Source of the DNA: Candidatus Limnocylindria bacterium
GTDB taxonomy: Bacteria; Chloroflexota; Limnocylindria; QHBO01
Direction of reading: 5' to 3'
Assembly: GCA_050692055.1 (NCBI GenBank)
Contig: JBOGTC010000013.1
Coordinates: 2,202-66,201 of the forward strand
Length of the DNA: 64,000 nucleotides
The notes beneath the pieces were generated by a model. The model was not told the origin of the DNA and ran no database searches. It saw nothing but the letters and a program-made list of their open reading frames with translations. Shown one piece after another: positions 43,130 to 52,446 of the stretch (positions are counted from its first letter, which is position 1; every line of letters begins with the position of its first letter). A program made the position numbers and the translations under genes.

Positions 43130-45174
43130 TTCGCGGTCCTCTCCGTGTCACGCGCCACATAGTCGTACCGGCCGGGGGGATCTCGGACCTCCCTGAGCGT
43201 GTGTTGGGCGGCGTCGCTCCGGACAGGCAGGGTCCGCACGTTGTAGCGCAGCCGATAGCGCAGGTAGCGCAACAGCTTCACCCAGCCGCCGCGGAACATG
43301 CGACCGGAGGTGAGCACGGTCATCTCCCGTGATCCGGAATACGCGATCTGGGCGCGTATCGCACGCATCGCAGGCCCCACATTCAGATCATCGGCCAGTA
43401 CCCCACGATCGTACAGCTCCAGCATGAGGCTGCGCTGCACGCCATAGTTGCTGCCGCGAGTGGTCGGGATGCGAAGGATCACGCGCTTGACCCAGCGTGC
43501 AAGGTGGTGAGCCCAGATCCTGGCGCGAACCGACCACTTCGGCAGGAAGTCGACGTAGTCGACGCGGGAGTAGGCCAAACCGGCGCCGGCATCAAACCGT
43601 GCCACGTACCAGTCCAGCAGGGCTGTGGGATCCGGAATCCGGCAATCTGCATCAAACAGGATGATGCGCTCACCGCGCGCCGCGCGCACGCCTGGCAGCC
43701 GTGCCGCCAGGCAGATCGCCTCCCCGGTTCGCCGCTCCAGCACGGGAATGGCAAGCACGGTTGCACCGAGCGACCTGAGCTCCTCGATCTCGTTCGGCGG
43801 CTCGCCGGGCGGATAGTTGTTCACCACCAGCACGATCTCGAACGCGTGCCGCCCCCGGTAGCGGCCAAGGTCAGCCAGCAGGCGAAGGACGTTCTCGAGG
43901 TCGCCGCGCGCGTTCACGGGCACCACGATGGAGGCGTCCACAGCCCCGCCGGCCCGGCCGCGGAGGCGCCCCATCGCTGTCTGCAGATCCAGCGGCTGCT
44001 CCTCCGGCGCGTCGCTCCGCGGCGGCGCGGCTCTGCTCGACCGATTCGTCTCCCAGCGATCGACCTGACGGCCGAGCACGAGGTTCAGGGCGGCGCGCAG
44101 CGCGGCCGCGTTGACGAGGATGAAGAACGCGGGAAGGGCCAGCAGGCGGCTGCGCCCCAGCCGTCCTCTGCCGGCCGCGAGGCCCGCCACGCCCAGCACG
44201 TAGAACGCAACCTGCCCGATCGTCATGGCACGGTAGATGATGCCCCTTCTCCACAAGATTGGCGAGGCCACGGCCAGAAGGACCAGCGGCACGGCCACCA
44301 GGCGCCGCAGCAGCTTGTGAGAGGCGAGCTGGACGGCATAAAAGCCGTAGCGGAGCGGATCGAGCAAGCTGCGGCGGACCAGGATGCCGCGGAGCCCGCG
44401 GGTCATGACCCGCACCTTGCGGTCGAACTCGTGCTGGCTGCTGGGCGCCACCGCTTCGTAGGCAACGGCGTCGTGAGCGAAGACCAGGCGATATCCCTGG
44501 GCCACCACTGCCGTGGAGGTGGCAAAGTCGTCGGTGACACCGCTGGGAACCGGTGAGAAGGCCGAACGGCGGATGGCGTAGATGGCGCCGGTGGCGGAGA
44601 TTGCACTCCCGGCCCGGCTCTCCGCTCTCTTCAGCAGCCTGTCGAAGCTCCAGTAGCTGCGCTCGCCCTCCCCGTAGGCCGACGGGCCGTCGGCTCGGTA
44701 AACCTGATCGCCGGCGACGCCGCCCACGCTCGGATCCGCCAGCGGTCGGGTGAGGGCGCGGAGCGCATGGGGCGCGAAGATGCTGTTTGCGTCCGAGAAG
44801 ACGAGGATCTCGCCGCGGGCCACGTCGACCGCGGCATTCAGTGCCGCCGCCTTGCCCACTCGTGGCATCGCCACCAGGCGCACGCCCTCTGGCTCGAAGC
44901 GCCGCACAACGGTCTCCGTCTCATCGTCCGATCCATCGGAGGCGACCACGATCTCGAGGCAGTCGCGCGGGTAGTCCAGCGCGAGCAGGTTCGTCAGCTT
45001 CGCGCCGATGCTGGCCTCCTCGTTGTGCGCGGCCACGATCACGGTGATCGATGGCGTGATCGGGGCGGATCGGTACGGCCTGGGCCGCAGCAGGGCGCGG
45101 GCAAAGACCACAACCGGGAAGATGAGGTAGGTGTAGACGATGGTCGCCAGCGCCGACCAGAACAGCGCCCGCAT
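43126..45174 (-). CDS. Fused double family-2 glycosyltransferase with internal TM segments
   Basis: N-terminal GT2: ITVIVAAHNEEASIGAKL...VVASDGSDDET...VFSDANS...GAIYAIRR. Then 3-4 TM helices. Second GT2-like: ASIVVPVNARGDLENVLRLL...IVLVVNNYP...ILFDADC. Confidence 0.8.
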   Translation of the reverse strand: MRALFWSALATIVYTYLIFPVVVFARALLRPRPYRSAPITPSITVIVAAHNEEASIGAKLTNLLALDYPRDCLEIVVASDGSDDETETVVRRFEPEGVRLVAMPRVGKAAALNAAVDVARGEILVFSDANSIFAPHALRALTRPLADPSVGGVAGDQVYRADGPSAYGEGERSYWSFDRLLKRAESRAGSAISATGAIYAIRRSAFSPVPSGVTDDFATSTAVVAQGYRLVFAHDAVAYEAVAPSSQHEFDRKVRVMTRGLRGILVRRSLLDPLRYGFYAVQLASHKLLRRLVAVPLVLLAVASPILWRRGIIYRAMTIGQVAFYVLGVAGLAAGRGRLGRSRLLALPAFFILVNAAALRAALNLVLGRQVDRWETNRSSRAAPPRSDAPEEQPLDLQTAMGRLRGRAGGAVDASIVVPVNARGDLENVLRLLADLGRYRGRHAFEIVLVVNNYPPGEPPNEIEELRSLGATVLAIPVLERRTGEAICLAARLPGVRAARGERIILFDADCRIPDPTALLDWYVARFDAGAGLAYSRVDYVDFLPKWSVRARIWAHHLARWVKRVILRIPTTRGSNYGVQRSLMLELYDRGVLADDLNVGPAMRAIRAQIAYSGSREMTVLTSGRMFRGGWVKLLRYLRYRLRYNVRTLPVRSDAAQHTLREVRDPPGRYDYVARDTERTAK

Positions 45175-46448
45175 CAGGCGGCCTCCACGCGGGTGAACCG
45201 CCGGGCAAGCGCGGCGGCGTTGGTGGCCACGTCAAACTCGCGCCGCACCTTCTCGCGTCCGGCGCTGCCCAGCCGCTGGCCGAGCTGCGGCTCGTCGTGA
45301 AGGCGTCGGAGGGCCGAGGCCAGCCCGGTTGCGTCGCGTGGAGGCACGAGCAGCCCGCTGACGCCGTCCTCGACCAGCTCCGGGATCCCTGACAGCTCGC
45401 TGGCAACCACCGGGATGCCGCTGCTCATCGCCTCCATGAGCACGACGGGAATGCCCTCCCGCTTTCCACCGGCCGTCGGCACGCTGGGCGTCACGAGCAC
45501 GTCGGACTGTCGGAGCGCCTCGGCGATCTCGCCGCGCGTGCGCTGGCCCTCGAAGCGGATCCGGTCCCCCACGCCGGCGTCCCGTGCCTGACGCACCAGC
45601 GCCGCGCGGTCGGCGCCGTCGCCGATGAGCCGGCAGACGAAGTCGATCCCCGCCTCGGCGAGCTGCCGGCAGGCTTCAACCAGGAAGGTCTGGCCCTTCA
45701 CCTCGTGCAGGGTTCCCACCGAGATGATGGTGAAGGCTTGATTGCGTGGTCGTTCGGCAGGCCGGAACATCGACGTCTCCACCCCGCAGTGAATGACGAC
45801 GAGCTTGTCCCGCCACTGCTCGCCGCACTCCGTCAGGATGAGCTGCCGGTTGTAATCAGAGATCGGCACCACGAAGGCCGCCTCCGCAACCTTCTCGCAC
45901 AGCATGTGACGGTCGACGTGGAGATCGGACCCGTGCGCCGTGAAGCTGTAGGTGATGCCGGTGAGCCGCTGGATGATGAAGCCGGCGGCGGCGGGATGGC
46001 TGGCGAAATGACAGTGAACGTGCGTGATTCGATCCTCAGCCATGAGGCGGGCGGCGTGGGCGACCTTCGGAAAGATCCCCAGCGCTCCACCCAGGAAGTT
46101 CAGGCTGCCCCACGTACCGCGGATCACGTCGCGCAGGGCGCGCAGGTAGGCGCGCGGCCGCCGCCTCAGGAAGTGCAGCTGGCTTCGGAGGATCGCCATC
46201 GATATGAACGGCAGGTAGTGTGCGCGCTCCACCAGCGCCACGGCCTCGGGCTGCACGATGGCCTCCCGTTCGCGCAACAGCGGGTAGAGCTCGACCCGGA
46301 CGCCAGATCCCTCCATCGCCAGGATCTCGTACAGGATGAACGTCTCGGTCAGCTTGGGGAAGCGCGACATGATGTAGGCGACCCGGGGATGCCCGTCGTC
46401 AAGCGGCGTGCCCGATCGGCTGTCCTCAGCGCGGTCGCCTCGGCTCAT
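45174..46448 (-). CDS. Glycosyltransferase family 4 (WcaL-like)
   Basis: ATG at 46448 overlaps the galE stop (ATGA). Has VAYIMSRFPKLTETFILYEI and EGIPVVLMEAMSSGIPVVASELSGIPELV. Confidence 0.8.
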   Translation of the reverse strand: MSRGDRAEDSRSGTPLDDGHPRVAYIMSRFPKLTETFILYEILAMEGSGVRVELYPLLREREAIVQPEAVALVERAHYLPFISMAILRSQLHFLRRRPRAYLRALRDVIRGTWGSLNFLGGALGIFPKVAHAARLMAEDRITHVHCHFASHPAAAGFIIQRLTGITYSFTAHGSDLHVDRHMLCEKVAEAAFVVPISDYNRQLILTECGEQWRDKLVVIHCGVETSMFRPAERPRNQAFTIISVGTLHEVKGQTFLVEACRQLAEAGIDFVCRLIGDGADRAALVRQARDAGVGDRIRFEGQRTRGEIAEALRQSDVLVTPSVPTAGGKREGIPVVLMEAMSSGIPVVASELSGIPELVEDGVSGLLVPPRDATGLASALRRLHDEPQLGQRLGSAGREKVRREFDVATNAAALARRFTRVEAA

Positions 46449-47467
46449 TGCGCCGACCGCTGTACCAGGTTCCGGGCGATCGCCACGTCGTCGAAGCCGT
46501 TCGGGTGCGTGGAGTGCCACCGCCATGCCGACTCGATGATCTCCTCCAGCCCGAAGCGGGGCGACCAGCCGAGCTCTGACCGTGCGCGCCCGTTGTCGGC
46601 CCAGATCGCGGCCGGATCGCCCGGCCGGCGCTCCGCGTCCTGGACCACGATCCGGCGCCCGCTTACGCGCTCGGTCATGGCAATCACCTCGCGGACTGAC
46701 GCACCGCGGCCTGTCCCGAGATTGAGCGTCGTCGAGGTGCCGTCGGCTGCGAGATGGTCGAGCGCGAGGGCATGCGCATCGGCGAGGTCAACGACGTGGA
46801 TGTAGTCCCTGATGGCCGAGCCATCGGCCGTCGGATAGTCTGAGCCGAAGACCTGGACGCTCGGCGCGACACCCATGGCCGCCTTCATCACGACCGGCAC
46901 GAGGTTCGCGGCATTGGCCCAGTTCTCACCGATCGACCCATCCAGGGCAGCGCCGGCGGCATTGAAGTACCGCAGGCTGACGTGGCGGAGACCGCGACAG
47001 GCATCGAGCCAATGCAGCATCCGCTCGATGAGCAGCTTGCTCTCGCCGTAGGGATTCTCCGGCCGCAGCTCACTCTCCTCGTCGACCGGCTGGCGGTCGG
47101 GCGTTCCATAGACCGCGCATGACGACGAGAAGACGAGCATCCGAACGTCAGCTCGCAGCATCGCGTCCAAGAGCACGAGAGTCTTGCTGACGTTGTTCTC
47201 GAAGTAGCGCACCGGCTCCCGGAGCGACTCATCCACCGCCTTGTTCCCGGCGAAGTGGACGACGGCGTCTATCCGCTCGGATTGAAACAGTCGATCCAAT
47301 CGCTCTCGGTCGCCCATGTCAGCGACCACCAGGGGGGTTTCGCCGATGGAGGCCGGGTGGCCGTGCTCGAGCGAGTCCAGGACGATGACCGCGTCGCCTC
47401 GACTCTCCAGGCACCGAACGGTATGCGATCCGATGTAGCCGGCTCCGCCGGTGACGAGCACGCGCAT
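46445..47467 (-). CDS. galE: UDP-glucose 4-epimerase
   Basis: ATG at 47467. Has MRVLVTGGAGYIGSHTV, FSSSCAVYG, YGESKLLIE and LRYFNAAGA. Confidence 0.9.
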   Translation of the reverse strand: MRVLVTGGAGYIGSHTVRCLESRGDAVIVLDSLEHGHPASIGETPLVVADMGDRERLDRLFQSERIDAVVHFAGNKAVDESLREPVRYFENNVSKTLVLLDAMLRADVRMLVFSSSCAVYGTPDRQPVDEESELRPENPYGESKLLIERMLHWLDACRGLRHVSLRYFNAAGAALDGSIGENWANAANLVPVVMKAAMGVAPSVQVFGSDYPTADGSAIRDYIHVVDLADAHALALDHLAADGTSTTLNLGTGRGASVREVIAMTERVSGRRIVVQDAERRPGDPAAIWADNGRARSELGWSPRFGLEEIIESAWRWHSTHPNGFDDVAIARNLVQRSAQ

Positions 47468-47477
47468 ACCCGTGCCG

Positions 47478-48956
47478 TTACTCAGCCGGACGGTTGTCCG
47501 GAAGGCGGCCGCCCGACACGGCGTCACGGCGCTGTTCGTCGATGCCGCGCCCGCTCGCTGCGGCCGACCGTGTCGCGCTCGCCGCCTGCCTCACGGCCAC
47601 CGGCGCCCCGAGGTCCGGCCTCATTTGCGCGCCGGCCGGCCGTCTCGAACCAGCGCGTGCGTCGCTCTTGCGGAGCGCCTGCCGACCGTCCTGCAGGATC
47701 GTGCCAACGAGATTGGCCCCCACCAGCCGCAGGCTGTCGACGGCATACACGACGTTGTGTCGCTTCGACTCGCCTCGGTGGGCGGTGAGGACCGTGCTGT
47801 CCACAATGCCCGCCCACATCAGCGTGCTTGCCGAAAGGTGGATGGGAGCCGAGTTCACGATGATGAGGTCCGCACGCGCGGCGACCAGGTCGAGGATCTG
47901 GCGCGCGTGTCCCGCATCGACCAGGTCAGCATGCCTGCTCAGTCCGTACGGCAGCACGACGACATCCGGCGCCTGGTGGTGCAACGCGTCGTCCAGCACG
48001 TCGGGGCCTCCCGCGAGCAGATCGGTGAGGCCAACGCGACCGTCGAGGCGCAGGAGCCTGGTGATCTCTCGCCGTTCTGCATTCGCATCCACCAGCGCGA
48101 CGCGCTTTCCGCTGCGAGCGAAGGCCGCGGCGAGGTTGGCCGCAACCTCACCGCTGCCGTCGTGGGTCTGTGCCCCGACGACGAGCAGACGTTCCTTCGA
48201 ATGGTCACCGGCCGCGAAGGCGAGCTTCGTGGTGATCAACCGATAGGCGATAGCGGCACGCGAGTCGGGTGCCGCCTCGACGATGAGCGGGTTGGCGGAC
48301 CGCAGGCGTCGGGGGCGGGACAGGTCGGCAGTGCCGAGCAGGGGCACCGGCGCCGCCTGCGCCAGGTCGTACGACTCCATGACCGCATCGCTGAAGTACT
48401 CGATGAGCAGCAGCAGCACGATGGCGCCCAACAGGCCCGCGAAGACCGCCAGCCCGACGATGAGCGAGATCTGCGGCGCAACCGGCGAGCTGGGGACCTC
48501 GGCCGGCTCGAGCAACAGCGGCGCACCGTCCGGGCGGCTGAGGCTCTGAGATGTGATGAGCTCGAGCTGGTCGAAGAGCGCGTTCGCGATCGCGGCCGCG
48601 AGCTCGGGATCGCCGTGCTCGGCGGTGATGGTCAGGAGTCGGGTCGTGGTGTCGGCCGTGGCGCGCACCGTCGGCCGCAGCTGGCGCGGCTCGATGGAGA
48701 GCCCCAGCTGCTCGATCGTGCCCTCCAGCAGCGGTTGGCTGGCGATCAGCTCGCCGTAGGTCTGCACGTGAAGCGACGCGGCCCGCAGCGTCTCGGCATC
48801 AGCGTTGATCGGTCCGATGAGAACGCGCGAGCGGGACTCGTATGTCGGCGGTATCTGCGACGCCACAAAGTAACCGGCAAGCCCCGCCACCCATCCCGCG
48901 ATGATCAGCGTCCACAGCCATCGCCTCGCCATGGCGACATAGCGCGTCAGTTCCAA
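47478..48956 (-). CDS. Polysaccharide co-polymerase (Wzz domain) fused to a BY-kinase-like domain with degenerate Walker motifs
   Basis: TTG start at 48956 lies 5 nt after GGAGGAG. The Wzz-like N-terminus has 2 TMs. The C-domain has VVGAQTHDGSGEVAANLA where GxxGxGK[ST] is expected, VALVDAN (Walker A'), and LIIVNSAP where D is expected. The C-terminal tail has no Tyr cluster. Confidence 0.75.
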   Translation of the reverse strand: MELTRYVAMARRWLWTLIIAGWVAGLAGYFVASQIPPTYESRSRVLIGPINADAETLRAASLHVQTYGELIASQPLLEGTIEQLGLSIEPRQLRPTVRATADTTTRLLTITAEHGDPELAAAIANALFDQLELITSQSLSRPDGAPLLLEPAEVPSSPVAPQISLIVGLAVFAGLLGAIVLLLLIEYFSDAVMESYDLAQAAPVPLLGTADLSRPRRLRSANPLIVEAAPDSRAAIAYRLITTKLAFAAGDHSKERLLVVGAQTHDGSGEVAANLAAAFARSGKRVALVDANAERREITRLLRLDGRVGLTDLLAGGPDVLDDALHHQAPDVVVLPYGLSRHADLVDAGHARQILDLVAARADLIIVNSAPIHLSASTLMWAGIVDSTVLTAHRGESKRHNVVYAVDSLRLVGANLVGTILQDGRQALRKSDARAGSRRPAGAQMRPDLGAPVAVRQAASATRSAAASGRGIDEQRRDAVSGGRLPDNRPAE

Positions 48957-49044
48957 GTGACTCCTCCCCGGGCCAATACCAACCGTCTGTGCCTAGAGCA
49001 TAGGCGGCGCGGACCGAGTTGGGAAGCCGCGGTGGTGCCTACGC

Positions 49045-50085
49045 TCAACGACCTATGTTTGCGCGGCGCCCCAATCGAGCCGACCAGGCCAGCGCACCGA
49101 GCTGCAGGCGCAGCACGGGCAGAGCAGAGCGGCCTCCCACATTGATCCGCCGCATGCGCAGCCAGTCGGGTCGCGAGACGTCGTTGCTGCCCCGCTGGGT
49201 GGTGAAGGCGATCTGGAAGCCGGACCTTCGGACCGCAGCAACCGCCGTGGCATCCGCGCCACCTGCAGGATACGCGAAGACCGGGCTGGTGGGACCGAGC
49301 TCTCGCTCGAGATCAGCCAGCGACCCGCCGATCTCGTCTTCCAGGGCTCCGGGCGGCAGGCGATCCAATCGGGCATGCGTGCGTGAGTGCGGCAGCACCG
49401 CCAGGCCCTGCGCCGCGAGATCCCGCAGCTGCGCCCACGTCAGTACGGCGTTCGACGATGCTGCGGCACCGAGCTCGGCGATCCATCGGTCCGCCAGCGC
49501 CATGGCTTCCTCGTGCGGGAGTCGATGGAGCTTCGTCCGAAGCGTCCGATAGGCGATCAGCCTGTCATCGTGACTCCGAAGCCCGAGCGCTGCCGCGCCG
49601 CCGTCGCGAAGGGTGGGCCGGCGCGTCGTCATGAGGGCGTGATAGAGCCTGTCCCACCAGAAGCCTCGGACCGCTGCACCGGGATAGGCGGTCGGAACGA
49701 ACACCGCTGCCGGCACGCCATGGCGACGGAGCGTCGGCCAGGCGTGCTCTGCCAGGTCGCGGTACGCATCATCGATCGTGAGCAGCAGGCTCCTGCGCGG
49801 CGGGCGACCCCGGCCCTGTCGTACATCAAGGAGATCGCTGATCGAGATGATCTCGTAGTGCTGCTTCAGGAAGGTGATCTGGGCATCGAACTGGTCCGGC
49901 GTCGCGCTGATCAGCCCGGGGTACAGCTCGGGCCGATGATCGGGCTCGTCGACTCGGTGATAGGTGAGCACCGAGACGATGTCTCGAGATGGCGGCGCGA
50001 CTCTCTCGAGCGTCGCGGCCAGCCATGCCACCGCCTGGTGGTCAGACACGCGCGAAACCAGTCCCTTGATCACGTCTCCGTCCAT
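49045..50085 (-). CDS. Polysaccharide deacetylase (NodB homology domain)
   Basis: ATG at 50085. Has LTYHRVDEP, LLLTIDDAYRD, VPAAVFV and LPHSRTHARL. Confidence 0.75.
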   Translation of the reverse strand: MDGDVIKGLVSRVSDHQAVAWLAATLERVAPPSRDIVSVLTYHRVDEPDHRPELYPGLISATPDQFDAQITFLKQHYEIISISDLLDVRQGRGRPPRRSLLLTIDDAYRDLAEHAWPTLRRHGVPAAVFVPTAYPGAAVRGFWWDRLYHALMTTRRPTLRDGGAAALGLRSHDDRLIAYRTLRTKLHRLPHEEAMALADRWIAELGAAASSNAVLTWAQLRDLAAQGLAVLPHSRTHARLDRLPPGALEDEIGGSLADLERELGPTSPVFAYPAGGADATAVAAVRRSGFQIAFTTQRGSNDVSRPDWLRMRRINVGGRSALPVLRLQLGALAWSARLGRRANIGR

Positions 50086-50191
50086 AACAAGCAGCAGCCG
50101 TGAGCGGCTGCCGGTAAGGGGTCGCGATAACTCCGTGGCTGAGCGTAAGCATATACTCCGCGGCATCGAACGCCCGTACGCATCCTGAGCT

Positions 50192-51118
50192 GTGCCCGTG
50201 AATCCGCCCGCTTCCCTGCATCCGGTGCTCCTGGCCGCGGCCTCTGCCGTGGCGAGCAGCATCGGACGGCGCGCGCCGGTCGAGTACGACCACAGCGAGA
50301 CCGGCTCCGGCGAGGCGGTGGTCATCACCGTGGCGGCTGCTCGCTCAGACAACGGCATCGGACGGAGGCTGGCCGAGATGGGTTTCGCGCAGGTGGGAGG
50401 CATGCCGCAAGTCCGCCGCTACGTGGGCTACGACCCAGCCACCGATCGCTGGCTGACGCTCGAGCTGCGTCCGCAGCCAACCATGCATGCGTCACGCCCG
50501 TCGCGGGCTCGGCGCAGAATCGGTTCCGTGGTGGACTGGATCCTCGCGCGTCGACCAGGCATCACGGTCGCCGTCGTGGGGCCGGATGGCGCCGGAAAGT
50601 CGACGCTCATCTCAGGCCTGGCGCGGTCCTTCGCCCTCCCGGTGCGCACCTTCTATGCCGGCCTCTATCCCCAGGGCGAGACGCGTCGCAACGCCCTGGT
50701 GGGACTCGGCACGCTGCAGCAGCTCGTGCGCCTGTGGCGCATCCGCGCCCTGGCCTCATACCATCGCCGGCGCGGTCGCCTCGTCATTTTCGATCGCTAT
50801 CCCTATGACGCCCTGCTGCCGCTGCCACCGCGAGCCCGCCGACGCTCCAGCTGGCGCAGAGCCCTCCTGGCGCGGGCATGCGCCGCCCCGGACCTGCTGA
50901 TCGCGCTGGATGCGCCATCCGAGGTCCTTCGTCAACGACGCGACGAACATCCGGTCGAGCGCATCGAGGCTCATCGGCTTCACTATGCCGAGCTGGCCCG
51001 CACGCTGCCCAACGGCGAGCTGGTCGACGCATCGCAGGGAATCGAAGCCGTCCGCCGACGAGCGACGGACCTCGTCTGGCGACGCTACGCGAGTTCCCTG
51101 AGAGGCGCTGGTCGCTGA
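50192..51118 (+). CDS. Two-domain protein: N-domain related to 37414-38529 plus an intact P-loop kinase-like domain
   Basis: GTG start. N-domain ...LAEMGFAQV...YDPATDRWLTLELR. Walker A VAVVGPDGAGKST. Also LVIFDRYPYDA and APDLLIALDAPSEVL. Confidence 0.6.
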   Translation: MPVNPPASLHPVLLAAASAVASSIGRRAPVEYDHSETGSGEAVVITVAAARSDNGIGRRLAEMGFAQVGGMPQVRRYVGYDPATDRWLTLELRPQPTMHASRPSRARRRIGSVVDWILARRPGITVAVVGPDGAGKSTLISGLARSFALPVRTFYAGLYPQGETRRNALVGLGTLQQLVRLWRIRALASYHRRRGRLVIFDRYPYDALLPLPPRARRRSSWRRALLARACAAPDLLIALDAPSEVLRQRRDEHPVERIEAHRLHYAELARTLPNGELVDASQGIEAVRRRATDLVWRRYASSLRGAGR

Positions 51119-51122
51119 TATC

Positions 51123-52337
51123 TTGCTGCTACGAGACCTCGCCTATCCGCTCATGCCGCTGGAGGTCAGCCGAGGGACGGTGGTCGAAGGCGAGGCTTGG
51201 TCGGTTGACCCCTCGTCCCTTCCGGAGGGGTACGACGTCATCGTCTGGGGCAGGCTGCCGGACGCCGCGGCCGGACCGCGTGAGGCGCTTCTCGCCGCCG
51301 CGAGTCGTGAGGTCACGCTCAGCACCATCCACCGGCGCGCGCCAGCGCCCCTCCGCGTCGCCGCCGTCCACCGGCTCCCGGCCCGCCAGCTCGATCACGG
51401 CCCTCGAGGACGGCTCCGGTCGTTCGTTCGTGGGGGCGCCATGGTCGAGTTCAGCTCCCCCTCATCGGGAAGACGCATCCTCGATGAAGTCATGGCGGCT
51501 GCAGGGGGGCGACCCGCATCGTCGCAGCTGTACGCCGGGTCGGGTGGCGCACTCCTGCGCTCATTGGCTGTCGGCGCTGACCAGCGGGCATTCCTGCGCG
51601 TTGCCAGGGCCGGTGGGTCCGGAGACCCGAGCCACCTTTCCACCACGCTGCGCCAGGTCGCGGCGGCACGCATCCCTCTGGCTCCCAGGCTGCTGGGGCA
51701 GGGCGAAACGGCTGGGGCCTCGTGGATTCTCGAGACCGCCCTTTCCGGCCGGCGCCCACGGCGCCTGACCCTGGACCTGGCGAGGCAGGCGGCGGATCTC
51801 GTCTCGTCGTTTCCGCGGACCGGTGGCCGTCCGACGACGCTCGAGCGCGACCTTCGAGGTATCGCGTTCGCGCTGCCACGGTTTGCAGACCCCCTGGAAC
51901 GCTTGAATGCGGAGCTTCGGCCGATGCTTCAGGAGGTCCCGGCGGTCATGCGACACGGCGATCTGTGGACGGGCAATCTCCTCGTCAGCCGCGGCCGACT
52001 CTGCGGGGTCATCGACTGGGATGCGTCGGACCCGGCGGCCGTGCCAGGCAGTGATCTCCTGCAGCTCGTGGCTGGCGAGATCCGGCGGCGAGCCCGCGCA
52101 TCGCTTGGAACCGCCTTTCTGATGCAGCCATGGCGCACGGACCTGTTCACGAAGGTCGCAGCGCCGTACTGGTCCGAGATCGAGCTCGAGCCCACGCCCC
52201 AGCTGCTCGACCTCGTCGGCATTGCCTGGTGGGCGACGGAGGCCCACGGAACGCTGGCCCGCCTCCCGCACAGGGCGGCAGATCGCGGTTGGGTGGAGTC
52301 AAACGTGGAGGCCGTTCTCTCCGCCCTCGCACCGTAG
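51123..52337 (+). CDS. APH-fold kinase, unknown substrate
   Basis: TTG start 4 nt after the upstream stop. Catalytic loop VMRHGDLWTGNLLVSRGRLCGVIDWDAS. Confidence 0.6.
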   Translation: MLLRDLAYPLMPLEVSRGTVVEGEAWSVDPSSLPEGYDVIVWGRLPDAAAGPREALLAAASREVTLSTIHRRAPAPLRVAAVHRLPARQLDHGPRGRLRSFVRGGAMVEFSSPSSGRRILDEVMAAAGGRPASSQLYAGSGGALLRSLAVGADQRAFLRVARAGGSGDPSHLSTTLRQVAAARIPLAPRLLGQGETAGASWILETALSGRRPRRLTLDLARQAADLVSSFPRTGGRPTTLERDLRGIAFALPRFADPLERLNAELRPMLQEVPAVMRHGDLWTGNLLVSRGRLCGVIDWDASDPAAVPGSDLLQLVAGEIRRRARASLGTAFLMQPWRTDLFTKVAAPYWSEIELEPTPQLLDLVGIAWWATEAHGTLARLPHRAADRGWVESNVEAVLSALAP

Positions 52338-52385
52338 CCCAGGCGCTCCCCATCTCGCTACATCGCCCAGCTTCAGCGGCATCGC

Positions 52386-52411
52386 GGAGAGGCCACAGGC
52401 CGTGGCCCTCC
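52386..52411. terminator. Candidate bidirectional hairpin between convergent genes
   Basis: ggagaggccac-aggcc-gtggccctcc forms a ~10 bp stem with one bulged A. It lies between the stops at 52337 (+) and 52447 (-). Confidence 0.35.
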
Positions 52412-52446
52412 GCAGTACCGCATCCACGGTGTGACGAGCTAGGGCC

